Assembly (NCBI GenBank): GCA_047601445.1
Contig: JASGJH010000001.1
Span: forward strand, 9,120,001-9,184,000
Length of the DNA: 64,000 bases
Reading direction: 5' to 3'
Origin: Myxococcales bacterium
GTDB lineage: Bacteria; Myxococcota_A; Polyangia; Polyangiales; DASUME01
The notes beneath the pieces are model-generated. The model ran no database searches. It worked only from the letters and a program-made list of their open reading frames with translations, and was not told where the DNA came from. Positions within the stretch are counted from its first letter, which is position 1; every line of letters begins with the position of its first letter. Of the stretch, positions 50,067 to 62,313 are shown one piece after another. A program made the translations under genes and the position numbers.

Positions 50067-50936
50067 ATGGCCGATTCAGTTGGCGAAGCGGTGCTCGATA
50101 TGCGCGAAGCGCCCTCGGCCGAAGTGGTGCGCGACGCGCAAGAGGTTGCGGCCAAGGCGGCCACCGATGCGGCCATCGATAGCAAGCCCCACTGGGAGAA
50201 CTCCATCCTCTTCGTGGACAACGTGAGCGTGAACTTCGACGGCTTCTACGCGCTCACCAACCTCAGCCTGGTGCTCGAGCCGGGCGAGCTGCGCTGCATC
50301 ATCGGTCCCAATGGCGCCGGCAAGACGACCATGATGGACGTCATCACCGGCAAGACGCGGCCCACCGAGGGGCGCGTCTACATGCACGGCCAGCGCATCG
50401 ACCTGACCCAGCACAGCGAGTACGAGATCGCGCGGCTCGGCGTGGGTCGAAAATTCCAGCGTCCCACGGTGTTTCCCGGGCACACGGTGTTCGAGAACAT
50501 CGAGCTCGCGCTGTCGGCCAACAAGGGGGTGTTCCGCAGCATCTTCGCGCGTCTGAGCGGCGAACAGCGGGACACCATCGATGGCATCCTCAAGACGGTG
50601 GGACTCGAGAGCGAGCGTGGGCGCATGGCGGGACTCCTCTCGCACGGGCAAAAGCAGTGGTTGGAGATCGGCATGCTGCTGGCGCAGAAGCCCAAGGTGC
50701 TCCTGGTGGATGAGCCCGTGGCGGGCATGACGCACCAGGAGACGGAACGAACCGCGGAGCTTTTGACCAGCCTGGCAGGCGAGCACACGGTGGTGGTGGT
50801 CGAGCACGATATGGACTTCGTGCGCAGCATCGCGCGCCGCGTCACCGTGCTGCACATGGGGAGCGTGCTCGCGGAGGGGCGCATGGAGCACGTGCAGGCC
50901 GACCCCAAGGTGCTCGAGGTCTACCTGGGACACTAG
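50067..50936 (+). CDS. urtD: Urea ABC transporter ATP-binding protein
   Basis: IGPNGAGKTT, GRKFQRP, LSHGQKQWLEIG, EHDM; AAAGGAG RBS. Confidence 0.95.
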   Translation: MADSVGEAVLDMREAPSAEVVRDAQEVAAKAATDAAIDSKPHWENSILFVDNVSVNFDGFYALTNLSLVLEPGELRCIIGPNGAGKTTMMDVITGKTRPTEGRVYMHGQRIDLTQHSEYEIARLGVGRKFQRPTVFPGHTVFENIELALSANKGVFRSIFARLSGEQRDTIDGILKTVGLESERGRMAGLLSHGQKQWLEIGMLLAQKPKVLLVDEPVAGMTHQETERTAELLTSLAGEHTVVVVEHDMDFVRSIARRVTVLHMGSVLAEGRMEHVQADPKVLEVYLGH

Positions 50937-50990
50937 AGCGGCGTCTGGCGCCGGGCTCAACGCACGAAGATTCGTTGCCGAGGACGTGAA

Positions 50991-51689
50991 ATGAGTCTCG
51001 AGATCGACAACATCCATCAGTTCTACGGACAGAGCCACACGCTCTGGGACGTGTCCCTCAAGTTGCGGGAGGGGCGGGTCACCTGCCTGATGGGACGCAA
51101 CGGGGTCGGCAAGACCACGCTGCTCAAGACCATCATGGGGCTCGTGCCGGCGGCCTCCGGCAGCGTGCGCTTCGGCAATTCGGAGCTGATCGGCAAGCGC
51201 CCGGACGTGCGCGCCCGCATGGGCATCGGCTACGTACCCCAGGGGCGCGAGATATTCGGCCAGCTCACGGTGGAGGAAAATCTCAAGATCGGCCTATCGT
51301 CGCGCAAGGACAAGCTCAAGACGGTGCCCGATCAGGTGTACAAGTTCTTCCCGGTCCTCAAGGAAATGAAGCAGCGCCGCGGCGGTGACCTCTCGGGTGG
51401 TCAGCAGCAGCAGCTCGCCATCGGGCGCGCGATGGTGCTCGACCCCAAGCTGCTCATCCTCGACGAGCCCACCGAGGGCATCCAGCCCAACATCGTGGCG
51501 GAGATTGGGGAATTGATCGTGCGCATGTGCAAGGAGCTCGGCATGAGCGTGCTCCTGGTGGAGCAAAAATTGCCCATCGTGCGCAAAGTGGCCGAGGACT
51601 TTGCCATCCTCGACAAGGGGCGCCTGGTGGCGGGCGGCGAACTTTCGGAGCTCACGAGCGAGCTGGTGGCGCGTCACTTGGTGGTATAA
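50991..51689 (+). CDS. urtE: Urea ABC transporter ATP-binding protein
   Basis: GRNGVGKTT, YVPQGREIF, LSGGQQQQLAI, DEPTEGIQP. Confidence 0.95.
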   Translation: MSLEIDNIHQFYGQSHTLWDVSLKLREGRVTCLMGRNGVGKTTLLKTIMGLVPAASGSVRFGNSELIGKRPDVRARMGIGYVPQGREIFGQLTVEENLKIGLSSRKDKLKTVPDQVYKFFPVLKEMKQRRGGDLSGGQQQQLAIGRAMVLDPKLLILDEPTEGIQPNIVAEIGELIVRMCKELGMSVLLVEQKLPIVRKVAEDFAILDKGRLVAGGELSELTSELVARHLVV

Positions 51690-51691
51690 GC

Positions 51692-52651
51692 GTGCGCGTG
51701 AAGGCTGAAGACCTGGGCCCTCGCGGGGAAGTTCCGGCAGTGCACGCAGCCTCGGGAGTGGCGTTGGCGCAGGCGCGCGCGCAGGCGGTGGTTTGCGCGC
51801 CGACGCGCGCGGGCTGGCGCGCCGAGCTCAGCCTGGGCTTTCAGCCGCGCTATGGGCGCACGCGCATCACGGAGCAAGCCCACCTGGGGCCGCTGCGCAT
51901 CCAGCGACCGTTCTATCCAGAGCCCAACGGTACCTGCCACGTGTACGTGCTGCATCCTCCCGGCGGAGTGGTCGGGGGAGACGTGCTCGACGTGACGCTG
52001 CGCGGCGCCGAGGGGGCCCGCGCCCTGCTCACCACGCCGGGCGCCACCAAGCTCTACCGCAGCCCCGGGGCGCGTGCGGAGATTCGTCAGCAATTCGAGT
52101 TCGGCGAGCACAGTTGCCTGGAGTGGTTTCCGCAGGAGACCATCGCCTTCGAGGGCACCCACGCCTCGGTCAAGACCCACGTGCGGCTGGCTGCCACGGC
52201 CTCTTACGCGGGCTGGGAGATCGTGTGCCTCGGGCGTCCGGCCGCAGGAGAGCGCTTCCGCGCCGGCAGCTTGAGGCTCGAGCACAGCATCGAGCGGGCG
52301 GGGCGGCTCCAGTGGATCGAGCGCGCGGAGTATGGTGGCGGAGACGCCATGCTCGAGGCCGCCTGGGGCATGGCGGGGCATGCCGTGATCGGTACCTTCG
52401 TGATTGCTCCAGGCAGCCCGCCCGAGCCGGAATGGGTCGAGCAGCTCCGCGCGTCGCTCTTGCCGTCGCAGGGCGAAGAACCCCACGGCGTCGCGGGGCA
52501 TTTCGCGCTCACACTCGTCTCGTCCGCCATCGTTCTGCGCTACCTTGGGGACCACGCGCATCAGGCCAGCACGTTCTTCAGGCGCGCCTGGCAACTGATC
52601 CGCCCTCGCTACGCGGCCGCGGCCGTGGCGCCGCGCATTTGGCACACCTGA
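51692..52651 (+). CDS. ureD: Urease accessory protein UreD; start uncertain
   Basis: [38 protein letters not shown]. Confidence 0.93.
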   Translation: MRVKAEDLGPRGEVPAVHAASGVALAQARAQAVVCAPTRAGWRAELSLGFQPRYGRTRITEQAHLGPLRIQRPFYPEPNGTCHVYVLHPPGGVVGGDVLDVTLRGAEGARALLTTPGATKLYRSPGARAEIRQQFEFGEHSCLEWFPQETIAFEGTHASVKTHVRLAATASYAGWEIVCLGRPAAGERFRAGSLRLEHSIERAGRLQWIERAEYGGGDAMLEAAWGMAGHAVIGTFVIAPGSPPEPEWVEQLRASLLPSQGEEPHGVAGHFALTLVSSAIVLRYLGDHAHQASTFFRRAWQLIRPRYAAAAVAPRIWHT

Positions 52652-52682
52652 GTCGACACGGAACCTTCGAACGGAATCCAGC

Positions 52683-52985
52683 ATGGAACTCACGCCTCGC
52701 GAAAAAGACAAGCTGCTCCTCTTCACAGCAGGCCTGCTCGCCGAGCGTCGCAAGGCTCGGGGGCTCAAGCTCAACTACCCGGAAGCCATCGCGTACATCT
52801 CGGCTGCCATCCTGGAGGGCGCGCGCGATGGTCGTACCGTGGCCGATCTCATGAGCTACGGCGCCACGCTGCTGAAGCGCGAGGACGTCATGGAGGGCAT
52901 CGCCGAGATGATCCCCGAGGTCCAGATCGAAGCAACGTTTCCCGACGGCACCAAGCTGGTCACGGTGCACGAGCCCATCCGCTGA
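52683..52985 (+). CDS. ureA: Urease gamma subunit
   Basis: [32 protein letters not shown]. Confidence 0.98.
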   Translation: MELTPREKDKLLLFTAGLLAERRKARGLKLNYPEAIAYISAAILEGARDGRTVADLMSYGATLLKREDVMEGIAEMIPEVQIEATFPDGTKLVTVHEPIR

Positions 52986-52998
52986 GCACGAGGTCCCC

Positions 52999-53303
52999 AT
53001 GATTCCCGGTGAGATCGAAACCTATGAAGAGGAACTGGAGCTCAACGCGGGGCGCCCCCGCGTCACGGTGACGGTGGCCAACACGGGCGACCGACCGATT
53101 CAAGTGGGCTCCCACTATCACTTCTACGAGACCAACTCCGCTCTGCGCTTCGATCGCGAGGCCACGCGGGGCTTTCGGCTGGACATCGCGTCGGGCACGG
53201 CGGTGCGCTTCGAGCCCGGACAGGAACGCGAGGTCACCCTGGTGGCCTACGCGGGAGAGCGCAGGGTCTACGGGTTTCAGGGCAAAGTGATGGGAGAGCT
53301 GAA

Positions 53304-53307
<4 letters not shown>
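52999..53307 (+). CDS. ureB: Urease beta subunit
   Basis: [29 protein letters not shown]. Confidence 0.98.
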
Positions 53308-55007
<1,700 letters not shown>

Positions 55008-55018
55008 GGGGGCCCACG

Positions 55019-55567
55019 ATGCTGGAGATTCGCGAGAAGGTTCGAAGCGGTGAGGTCACGGCCACGTTGACGTTGCCGTTCGAGGAGCGTCAGCGCACGC
55101 GGCGTCGCGTACGCCTGAGTACGGGCGAGAGCGCGCTGTTGTTGACGCCCCGGGGGACGTTGCTGCGCGGAGGAGACATCTTGTCGCTCTCCGATGGGCG
55201 CTGCGTGCGCGTGGTGGCCGCACCCGAGCAGGTCTCCACGGTGCACGCGGCGGAGCCACGCGCCCTGGCGCGTGTGGCGTACCACCTGGGAAATCGACAT
55301 GTGGCCCTGGAAGTGGGCGATGGCTTCGTGCGTTACCTCCACGACCACGTCCTGGACGACATGGTACGGGAGCTTGGGTTGAACGTGGTGGTGGAGAACG
55401 CAGCATTCGAGCCGGAGGGCGGGGCCTACGCGGGAGGTCACTCGCACGCGCACGGTCATTCTCATGCTCATCCCCACCCGCACGCTCCAGGTGAGGGGCA
55501 GAACCGCGTGAACCTCCAGGACCAGGGCGGCGAGCGCAGCGAGCTCCCGGGAGAGCCCAAGTGGTGA
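55019..55567 (+). CDS. ureE: Urease accessory nickel chaperone UreE
   Basis: AYHLGNRH, FEPEGGAY, His-rich tail. Confidence 0.95.
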   Translation: MLEIREKVRSGEVTATLTLPFEERQRTRRRVRLSTGESALLLTPRGTLLRGGDILSLSDGRCVRVVAAPEQVSTVHAAEPRALARVAYHLGNRHVALEVGDGFVRYLHDHVLDDMVRELGLNVVVENAAFEPEGGAYAGGHSHAHGHSHAHPHPHAPGEGQNRVNLQDQGGERSELPGEPKW

Positions 55568-56233
55568 GCTCGCGGGCCCCACTCCTGCGGCTGTTGCAGC
55601 TGGCGAGCCCGGCTTTGCCCATCGGGGCGTACGCCTATTCGCGCGGTCTCGAGAGTGCGGTGCATTTCGGCTGGGTCAAAGACGAAGCGGAGGCCTGCCG
55701 CTGGATCGAGGGCATCCTCGAGCGCTCCGTGGCATCCCTCGACGGTCCCGTGTTTTTGCGGCTCTTCGACGCCTTCGTGGCCCAGGACACGGCGTGCGTG
55801 GAGCGTTGGAACGACTTTGCGTGTGCCGCCCGCGAGAGCCACGAGCTGGCCCTGGAGGACAGGCAGTTGGGGCTCGCGCTCGCGCGCGTCTTGAATGACC
55901 AAGGAGTCGAGGCTGCCGCCCATTTCCGCGGGCGCGGAGGCTACGCCACGCTGTTCGCGTTGGCCGCCAGCACCTGGGGAGTCGAGCGGGTGGACGCGCT
56001 CAGCGCGTTCCTGTTCGCGTTCGTGGAGAACCAGGTGAGCTGTGCCATCAAGTTGGTGCCGCTCGGGCAGAGCGCGGGGCAGCGCATTCTTTCCAGGTTG
56101 GTTGGGGTGGTTGACCGCCTGGTGCAGAGGGTCCTCGAGATCGGGGACGATGAGAATCGGTTCCTACACACCGCGCGTGGCGCTCGGCAGTGCCTGGCAC
56201 GAGACCCAGTACACGCGTCTTTTCCGTTCTTGA
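55564..56233 (+). CDS. ureF: Urease accessory protein UreF, apparent +1 frameshift at ~56155
   Basis: [23 protein letters not shown]; canonical C-terminus [11 protein letters not shown] lies in another frame and is restored by removing one A at 56155/56156. Confidence 0.92.
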
Positions 56234-56242
56234 GGAGGAGTC

Positions 56243-56857
56243 ATGACCAAGAGTGCGCTGCGATTGGGGGTGGGCGGCCCGGTGGGTTCGGGCAAGACGG
56301 CGTTGGTCCTGGCTCTGTGTAGACGGCTCCGCGATCACTACGACATCGCGGTGGTCACCAACGACATCTACACCAAGGAAGACGCCGAGTTCCTGCTGCG
56401 CAACGAGGCGCTGCCCCGCGAGCGTATCGCCGGCGTGGAGACCGGCGGCTGTCCCCACACCGCCATCCGAGAAGACGCCTCCATGAACCTGGCCGCCGTG
56501 GAGGACATGGTGCTCAAGTTCCCGAAGCTACAGATGGTCATCATCGAGAGCGGGGGCGACAACCTGAGCGCCACCTTTAGCCCGGAGCTGTCCGACCTCA
56601 CGCTCTACGTCATCGACGTGGCGGCGGGCGACAAGATTCCGCGCAAGGGCGGGCCCGGCATCACCAAGAGCGACCTCTTGATCATCAACAAGACCGACCT
56701 GGCGCCCCACGTGGGCGCATCGCTCGAGGTCATGGATCGCGACGCCCGCAAGATGCGCGGCGAGCGGCCCTTCGTGTTCACCTGCTTGAAGACGGGCGAC
56801 GGTCTGGAGAACGTCGTGCGCTTCATCGAGCAGGAAGGGATTCTAGCCGGAGACTGA
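56243..56857 (+). CDS. ureG: Urease accessory GTPase UreG
   Basis: [27 protein letters not shown]. Confidence 0.98.
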   Translation: MTKSALRLGVGGPVGSGKTALVLALCRRLRDHYDIAVVTNDIYTKEDAEFLLRNEALPRERIAGVETGGCPHTAIREDASMNLAAVEDMVLKFPKLQMVIIESGGDNLSATFSPELSDLTLYVIDVAAGDKIPRKGGPGITKSDLLIINKTDLAPHVGASLEVMDRDARKMRGERPFVFTCLKTGDGLENVVRFIEQEGILAGD

Positions 56858-56920
56858 CGAAGTCAGTCCCCGGCCCGTGCCGGCCTTGCGCAAGCAAGGC
56901 GCGCCTGTGCGTGTGCCCGC

Positions 56921-59455
56921 TCAGAAGGCGGCCTTCAAGCCGATATGGAACCAGCGCGGGGCGTTGGGGCGCGCGCCGAACGGGCGGTGCGACACCAGGT
57001 AGACCGAGTTCAGCAGGTTGTTGATGGTGCCGTAGATCTGCAGCGGGCCCCACACCTTGGCCCAGGCGCTGGCGTCCACCAGGGTCTGCGCGTCGGTGTA
57101 CAGCTCGCGGTGATCGGAGCCCACGCCGGTGCTGCCGTCGCCGGTCTTGCTCATGTAGCTCACGGCCACCGCGCCGCCCGCGGGCTTGGCCTCTACGCCG
57201 AGGCTCGCGCGCATCAGGTGCTGGGGCACGTTGGGCATCAGGTCGCCCTTCTCCACGTCGCCCCAGATCGGGTTCTGCGATGAGAAAGTCTCGAGGAACT
57301 GCGCCTGGGTGCGCGTATAGGCGAAGGTCAACGGCAGCTTGAGGTTGCCCACCGGGATGTCGTGGCCCACCAGCAGCTCGACGCCGTAGATGCGTGCGTG
57401 TCCGCCGGTGAAGTACTTGTCCTGCGCCGAGCTCGGTCCGCCGTCGTTGCCGATGGAGGAGATGTTTTGGTAGTCGTTGTAGAAGCCGATGGCCTCGGCG
57501 CGTAGCGCACCCTTGGTGTAGCGAGCGCCGCCTTCGTAGTTGACGCTGAATTCCGGCTTGGCGTGCTTGCCGGCATCGGGCGTGGCGGCGCTGAAGCCGC
57601 GGTAGACACCCGCCAGTACACCGAGCTCCTCGGTGATGGCGTAGTAGAGGCCGACTCCCGGCAAGAGGGCGTAGTTGAAGAACTTGTCGCCATTGCCGGT
57701 CGCGCGATCGATAAACGACATGCGCATCAACTCGGTGCGCATGCCGGGCGTGACGGTGAGACCCGCGACCGTGACCGCGTACTGCACGTGCGGGGCGAGC
57801 GCGTAGGTGGCCGCCTTGTTGAAGGCGGTGACCGTGGTGGCCTGCCCGTCGGGGTACGGTTCGCCGCCGTAGAGCTGCGACCCGAAAGCCGTGTGGTGTC
57901 GCTCGATGCGGTCGTAGTGGAGCCGCATGCCAGCCTCGAAGCGGTGCTGGATCTTGCCCGTCTCCGTGTCCCAGCGGAACAAGGACTGCACGCCCTCCGA
58001 GACGAAGTCACGCTGATTGCCAGCGGACACCACGCGCGCATTGGGATCGCCCAGCGCATCGGCGAACGTGCTCTGTCCGCGCAGCACCGAGAGGTACGTG
58101 TAGCGCATGCCCGCCGGGCTATTCGGCGAAGCCGACGCGGAAGCCGTGTTGTCGAGGACGTCGAAGAGGTTGGCCCCCGGAATGTTGTCGACGCGGTTCC
58201 ACAGGCGGGTGAAGTTGTTGCGATAGGCGGTGGTGGTGAGCGTCATGCGCCGCTTGAAATCCACCTGGTGCGTGAGCGCGATGCTCGAGCGGTGGTTCTT
58301 CATGCGGTCGTTGGCGGTGGCGCCATAGCGAGCGTAGGGGTTGTCCTTGAAGTCCTGCTCCGAGAGACCCATGTAGGTCTCGTTCGAGACCTCGTCGGAG
58401 TAACCGAGCTTGAGACGGAACTCGTTGCGCACCTCGGCCCGCGGATCCACCACGTACGAGAACTTGGCCATCCACTCGTCCTTGGTGAAGCCAGTGTCCG
58501 CGTCGGGGTTCGTCATCAGCTCCTTGAAGCCGTTGTTCTGTAGACGTACGCCCTCGACCAGGAAGCCGAACTGGTCGTTGCTGGCGCCGAAATAGGCGTG
58601 CCCTTTGCCGTAGCCGTAGGCGCCCGCGGCCAGGTCGATGGCGCCCGAGGCGTTGGTGGGAATCGCGCGCGTCTGCAGGTCGACGGCGCCGGCGATGGTC
58701 TGGGGACCCGAGGTCACGGCCGACGGCCCCTTGATCACGCGCACGCCCGTCATACGCGTGATGATGGGAAAGTAGTAGGCAGCGGGGGCCGAGTAGGGAG
58801 CGGGTCCGAACAGGACACCATCCTCCATCAGCGTGATCTTCTTGCTGCGGTCGGGGTCCACGCCGCGAATCGCGATGTTGGGGCGCAGGCCCATGCCGTC
58901 TTCCGTGCGTGAGTACACGCCGGGCACGGCGCTGAGCACCTGGGCCACGTCGTCGTACTCGAAGCGCTGCAGCTCCTTGTCGCGGATGACGTGGGCGGAG
59001 CCTGGCGTGCGCGAGAGGCGCGTGCCGACGATGGTGACTTCGAGCGGCTGGTTGGATGCCGGCGGTGGAACCGGAGCGGCCTCTGCGGGTGCTGGCTCGG
59101 GGGTCGCAGCCGGAGGTTCGGCTGGCGCGTACTCGGGAGCGGGCGCAGGCAGCTCAGGCTCCACGGGCGGCGCGGCAGGTTCTGCAGGCGGCTCGGCAGG
59201 CAGAGCGGGCGAAGGAGCACTCGGAGGGGCCTCGGGTGCAGGCGCGAGCTCAGTGGGCGTCGCGGGTGCAGCCGGCTCGGAGTTCGCCGCAGGTGGTGGC
59301 GCAGCCGGCGCAGGCGCGTCAGTCGACGGCTCGACGGCGGGTGGTGCCTCCGGGCTCGGCGTGGCCTGGGCCAGCGCCGTCGCGGCGGTGAAGGGGACCG
59401 AAAGGGCCAAGAGGCACACCAGGCGCTTGGCAGAAGAAAGGGCAGGGGACGTCAC
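56921..59455 (-). CDS. TonB-dependent receptor, FecA-like, with long Pro/Ala-rich N-terminal linker
   Basis: Signal peptide; LEVTIVG TonB-box-like; EDGMGLRPNIAIRG, MEDGV, PAPYSAPAAYYFP, GARPNAPR; terminal F; GGAG RBS before GTG 59455. Confidence 0.92.
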   Translation of the reverse strand: MTSPALSSAKRLVCLLALSVPFTAATALAQATPSPEAPPAVEPSTDAPAPAAPPPAANSEPAAPATPTELAPAPEAPPSAPSPALPAEPPAEPAAPPVEPELPAPAPEYAPAEPPAATPEPAPAEAAPVPPPASNQPLEVTIVGTRLSRTPGSAHVIRDKELQRFEYDDVAQVLSAVPGVYSRTEDGMGLRPNIAIRGVDPDRSKKITLMEDGVLFGPAPYSAPAAYYFPIITRMTGVRVIKGPSAVTSGPQTIAGAVDLQTRAIPTNASGAIDLAAGAYGYGKGHAYFGASNDQFGFLVEGVRLQNNGFKELMTNPDADTGFTKDEWMAKFSYVVDPRAEVRNEFRLKLGYSDEVSNETYMGLSEQDFKDNPYARYGATANDRMKNHRSSIALTHQVDFKRRMTLTTTAYRNNFTRLWNRVDNIPGANLFDVLDNTASASASPNSPAGMRYTYLSVLRGQSTFADALGDPNARVVSAGNQRDFVSEGVQSLFRWDTETGKIQHRFEAGMRLHYDRIERHHTAFGSQLYGGEPYPDGQATTVTAFNKAATYALAPHVQYAVTVAGLTVTPGMRTELMRMSFIDRATGNGDKFFNYALLPGVGLYYAITEELGVLAGVYRGFSAATPDAGKHAKPEFSVNYEGGARYTKGALRAEAIGFYNDYQNISSIGNDGGPSSAQDKYFTGGHARIYGVELLVGHDIPVGNLKLPLTFAYTRTQAQFLETFSSQNPIWGDVEKGDLMPNVPQHLMRASLGVEAKPAGGAVAVSYMSKTGDGSTGVGSDHRELYTDAQTLVDASAWAKVWGPLQIYGTINNLLNSVYLVSHRPFGARPNAPRWFHIGLKAAF

Positions 59456-59514
59456 GCGTACTCCAGGAGGATGGGCAATCGGGCGAAAGGGACGATGCGA
59501 GTTCGTCGCTGGAC

Positions 59515-60897
59515 TCAGATGGGCTTCAGGTGCGGTGGGGGTTCGGTGGGCGCCGGCAGGATCCAGGTCGCCTTGGCGAAGCCGTCGCGGATGTGGGTCA
59601 GGTCGGCTTTGGGGTCGATCAGGCGTTGGCGCCTGCGGCCGTTGAGGGAGGCGATGGCGTCGGCGCGCACCTCCACCTCGCCGAAGCCGCGCCGGGCGTA
59701 GTCCGCCTGAATGTGCTGGGCAAGTTGAAGGACCAGGTCGGGCTGCCCCGACATCTCGAGCTCCTGGTACCTGGTCAGGTAGGTGCGCGGGAACACCAGC
59801 CACGAGCGGCCGGTGCTCTTCTGCAGGACCTCGAAGGTCACGCTGCCGTTCTTCTCGCGCACCATCACGCGCCAGGAGAAGCGCATGCCCTGCTCGTGCC
59901 AGCGCACGTTGTCGCCGTAGGCCAGGTAGCGCATGGGGATGGTGATCTGCAGCAGGCAGTAGCTGGCCACCAGCATGCCCGCCCAGCGTGGGACGGGGCG
60001 TGTGACGTTGGTCTGCGCGGGAGCGGCGCCAGCAGTGCGCCCCATGCCCAACGCCGAAAGCAGGCGGCGCGGCCAGTCGGCAGGGAAGAACACCAGCGCG
60101 ACCATGACCATGATGGCCGAGAACATGCCGATGGCCGGGAACAAGGTGCGCGTCATGGCATGGAACACGAGCACGGCGGCGTAGGCGAACACGCGCGTGC
60201 GCCGCCAGAGCAGAAACCAGATGATGAAGGTGTCGAACAAGAAGCCGGCCCAGCTCATCGCCAGCGGCACTCCGTCGATGCGGAAGAGCCCCCCGAGCAC
60301 GGGTAAGTCGGTCTGGGAGGCCAGCCAGATACGCAGTGGCTGAGCGTGCAGCAGCCAATCGCCGTGCGCCTTGGCCAGACCCGCGAACGTGTAGACGATA
60401 CCCACCTGGAAGCGGAACAGGAACTGCCACATCCGTGCCACATGCTCGCGCGCGTAGCCCGGGTTTCGCCAGGCCTTGATGGAGCCCCAGCGATCGGCCG
60501 GCGAGAGCGCGAGCAGAAACGAGAGCAGCGTGGCGAGGTAGTAGTGGTTCAGGTACGTGGTGACGTCGAGCAGCTGCAGATACGCGAAGCCGATGGCGAA
60601 CAACCAGGCAGCCAACCGGAACCACACCCCCAGCGCGATCAAGATCGCGAGCAGGGCGAGTCCCCCAAACACCGCGTGCATGCCCAAGCGCGGCAGCGGC
60701 TCGAGCCAGCCGAAGCCGTAGTACTTGAAGTGAAAGCTAGGATTCACGAAGAAAGCGTCGACCCAGCCGTAGACGATGGAGCGCATCATGCTGATGCACA
60801 TCGCCAGGCCGAACAATACCCGTAGGGCACCGAGCCACGCGATGTCGACGTGTTCGCCGAGGGCCGTCCGAGCCTTGTTCGTCCAGCCCTCAGTCAT
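59515..60897 (-). CDS. HTTM-domain protein, vitamin-K-dependent gamma-glutamyl carboxylase homologue
   Basis: FHFKYYGF, YLNHYYL, YTFAGLAKAHGDW, IGMF, FSWRVMVREK, QPDLVLQLAQHI, SLNGRRRQRLIDP. Confidence 0.9.
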   Translation of the reverse strand: MTEGWTNKARTALGEHVDIAWLGALRVLFGLAMCISMMRSIVYGWVDAFFVNPSFHFKYYGFGWLEPLPRLGMHAVFGGLALLAILIALGVWFRLAAWLFAIGFAYLQLLDVTTYLNHYYLATLLSFLLALSPADRWGSIKAWRNPGYAREHVARMWQFLFRFQVGIVYTFAGLAKAHGDWLLHAQPLRIWLASQTDLPVLGGLFRIDGVPLAMSWAGFLFDTFIIWFLLWRRTRVFAYAAVLVFHAMTRTLFPAIGMFSAIMVMVALVFFPADWPRRLLSALGMGRTAGAAPAQTNVTRPVPRWAGMLVASYCLLQITIPMRYLAYGDNVRWHEQGMRFSWRVMVREKNGSVTFEVLQKSTGRSWLVFPRTYLTRYQELEMSGQPDLVLQLAQHIQADYARRGFGEVEVRADAIASLNGRRRQRLIDPKADLTHIRDGFAKATWILPAPTEPPPHLKPI

Positions 60898-62215
60898 TGT
60901 CGCCGACAAGCATCATCGGGGCGTCGAGGTTCAATACCGTGATCACGTCGGTCTTGAGCACGTCGCTGATAGCCTTGAACGCAGCGTACACCGGGGCGAC
61001 GCTGCCCGGATTCTGCTCAAATGCGCCATTCAGATCGAATTGCGCGATGGCCGCGTCGGCCGCGTCGAGAGCCGCTGACATCTCGTCCGCCACGCTGTCC
61101 GCGCCCACCGCGTGGAGCCAGTCGTCGAACCCGAGGCCCTGGTAGTCCGGTCCGCAGCCTTGGTACAGCAGGCGAAATGCCTTCAGGTTGGCCCGCACGT
61201 TGTCGCTGGCCACGCGCGCATAGCGTGTCTCGGCGTAGCCCGCGCAGTTCGCGGTGCACTCCACGAGCCCGGCCGGCCGCCCGAGCTTCCACTGCTTCAC
61301 GTCCTGCTCCAGGTAGAACAGGCCGTTGCTCACCGCGTTGAGGGCAGCCTGCTCGCTCATGTACACCGCGCCGCCGGGACCCGCGCTGGCGAGCGTCTGC
61401 GCGAAGTTTCCACCGCTCGCGCTCCAGGCGGAGAGTAAGAGCGCCGACTTGGCGCGGATGTCGTGGCCCAACGCGCCTGCGTAAGCCACCTTGCGATTCG
61501 CGAGCTCCTCGGCCGAAAGCATCGACCAGAGCTGCTTGCCATTGAGCCGATTCAGGGCCGTGCAGCCGTTGTCCGTGTTCGTGTAGAACAGCATGTACTC
61601 CACGGCGCCGAGCCCGCGCGCACCGGCGGGGGCCATGTCGAAGGTGGAGCCCGCATAGGTCTGATCGTAGAGCTGCTCCTCCATCGAACAGCGGTTCACG
61701 GCGGGGAAGGCGTAAATCTCGTCGCGCAGTCCCTCTCCGCCCGGGTCGCCCTTGGGGGCCTGCGGGCCGAAGCCGAACATCTCGAGGATCTGCCACTGCT
61801 GCAGCGCGTGGTACCAAGCGTCGCGCGCACCCGTCAGCGACTCGGGAGATGGGGCCGCGGCGTAGGCCGCGAGCTTGGTCTCCAGCTCCACCGCGAGCGG
61901 GTCGAACTGGCATAGCTGCTGCTGCGTGCACTGGGCCACGCTGGTGAGCAGTGCGCTCTTGGAGAAGGGCGCATCGAGGTTGGTCAGGAACGCGCAAGCG
62001 GCGCTCCCTATGCCCGCATCGCCAGCGCCGCCGTCGGAGTCCGTTGGCGAGGGAGTGCTCGGGACGAAGGTCATGCCCGAATCGAGGTGGCCGCCGACCC
62101 CAGGGTTCGACGCGGGGGCCATCGGGCTGACGTGCTCGGGGAGAGCCAGCTTGTCGCAGCCCATGGCGAACCCCAGTGCGACCAAGAACCCTGCGCGAAG
62201 AGACTGCGAACCCAT
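60890..62215 (-). CDS. Imelysin-like (peptidase M75 fold) lipoprotein
   Basis: Lipobox AMGC; ARDAW...WQ.LE...FGP; RGLGAVEYMLF; KLGRPAG; terminal GDND. Confidence 0.8.
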   Translation of the reverse strand: MGSQSLRAGFLVALGFAMGCDKLALPEHVSPMAPASNPGVGGHLDSGMTFVPSTPSPTDSDGGAGDAGIGSAACAFLTNLDAPFSKSALLTSVAQCTQQQLCQFDPLAVELETKLAAYAAAPSPESLTGARDAWYHALQQWQILEMFGFGPQAPKGDPGGEGLRDEIYAFPAVNRCSMEEQLYDQTYAGSTFDMAPAGARGLGAVEYMLFYTNTDNGCTALNRLNGKQLWSMLSAEELANRKVAYAGALGHDIRAKSALLLSAWSASGGNFAQTLASAGPGGAVYMSEQAALNAVSNGLFYLEQDVKQWKLGRPAGLVECTANCAGYAETRYARVASDNVRANLKAFRLLYQGCGPDYQGLGFDDWLHAVGADSVADEMSAALDAADAAIAQFDLNGAFEQNPGSVAPVYAAFKAISDVLKTDVITVLNLDAPMMLVGDND

Positions 62216-62261
62216 ATCGATTACCTTCTCAAAATCCGTATTTTACGGGCGTCTTCATAGC

Positions 62262-62290
62262 AAAAGGCGCGGGAGCTCGCTCCCGCGCCT
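62262..62290 (-). terminator. Strong intercistronic hairpin/terminator after the delta-60 gene
   Basis: AGGCGCGGGAG/CTCCCGCGCCT stem with a T-run on the minus strand. Confidence 0.7.
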
Positions 62291-62313
62291 GAGGACCATC
62301 GGCCGCGCTGGGT

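Noticed and set aside
55564..56233. ureF, ABC1 kinase and delta-60 gene as true pseudogenes
   Set aside because: Each has a single one-base lesion in a shared context and is otherwise intact; artefact is more likely, pending reads
56921..60625. 1234-aa version of the TonB receptor
   Set aside because: The extension overlaps the HTTM gene in another frame; RBS and signal peptide support GTG 59455
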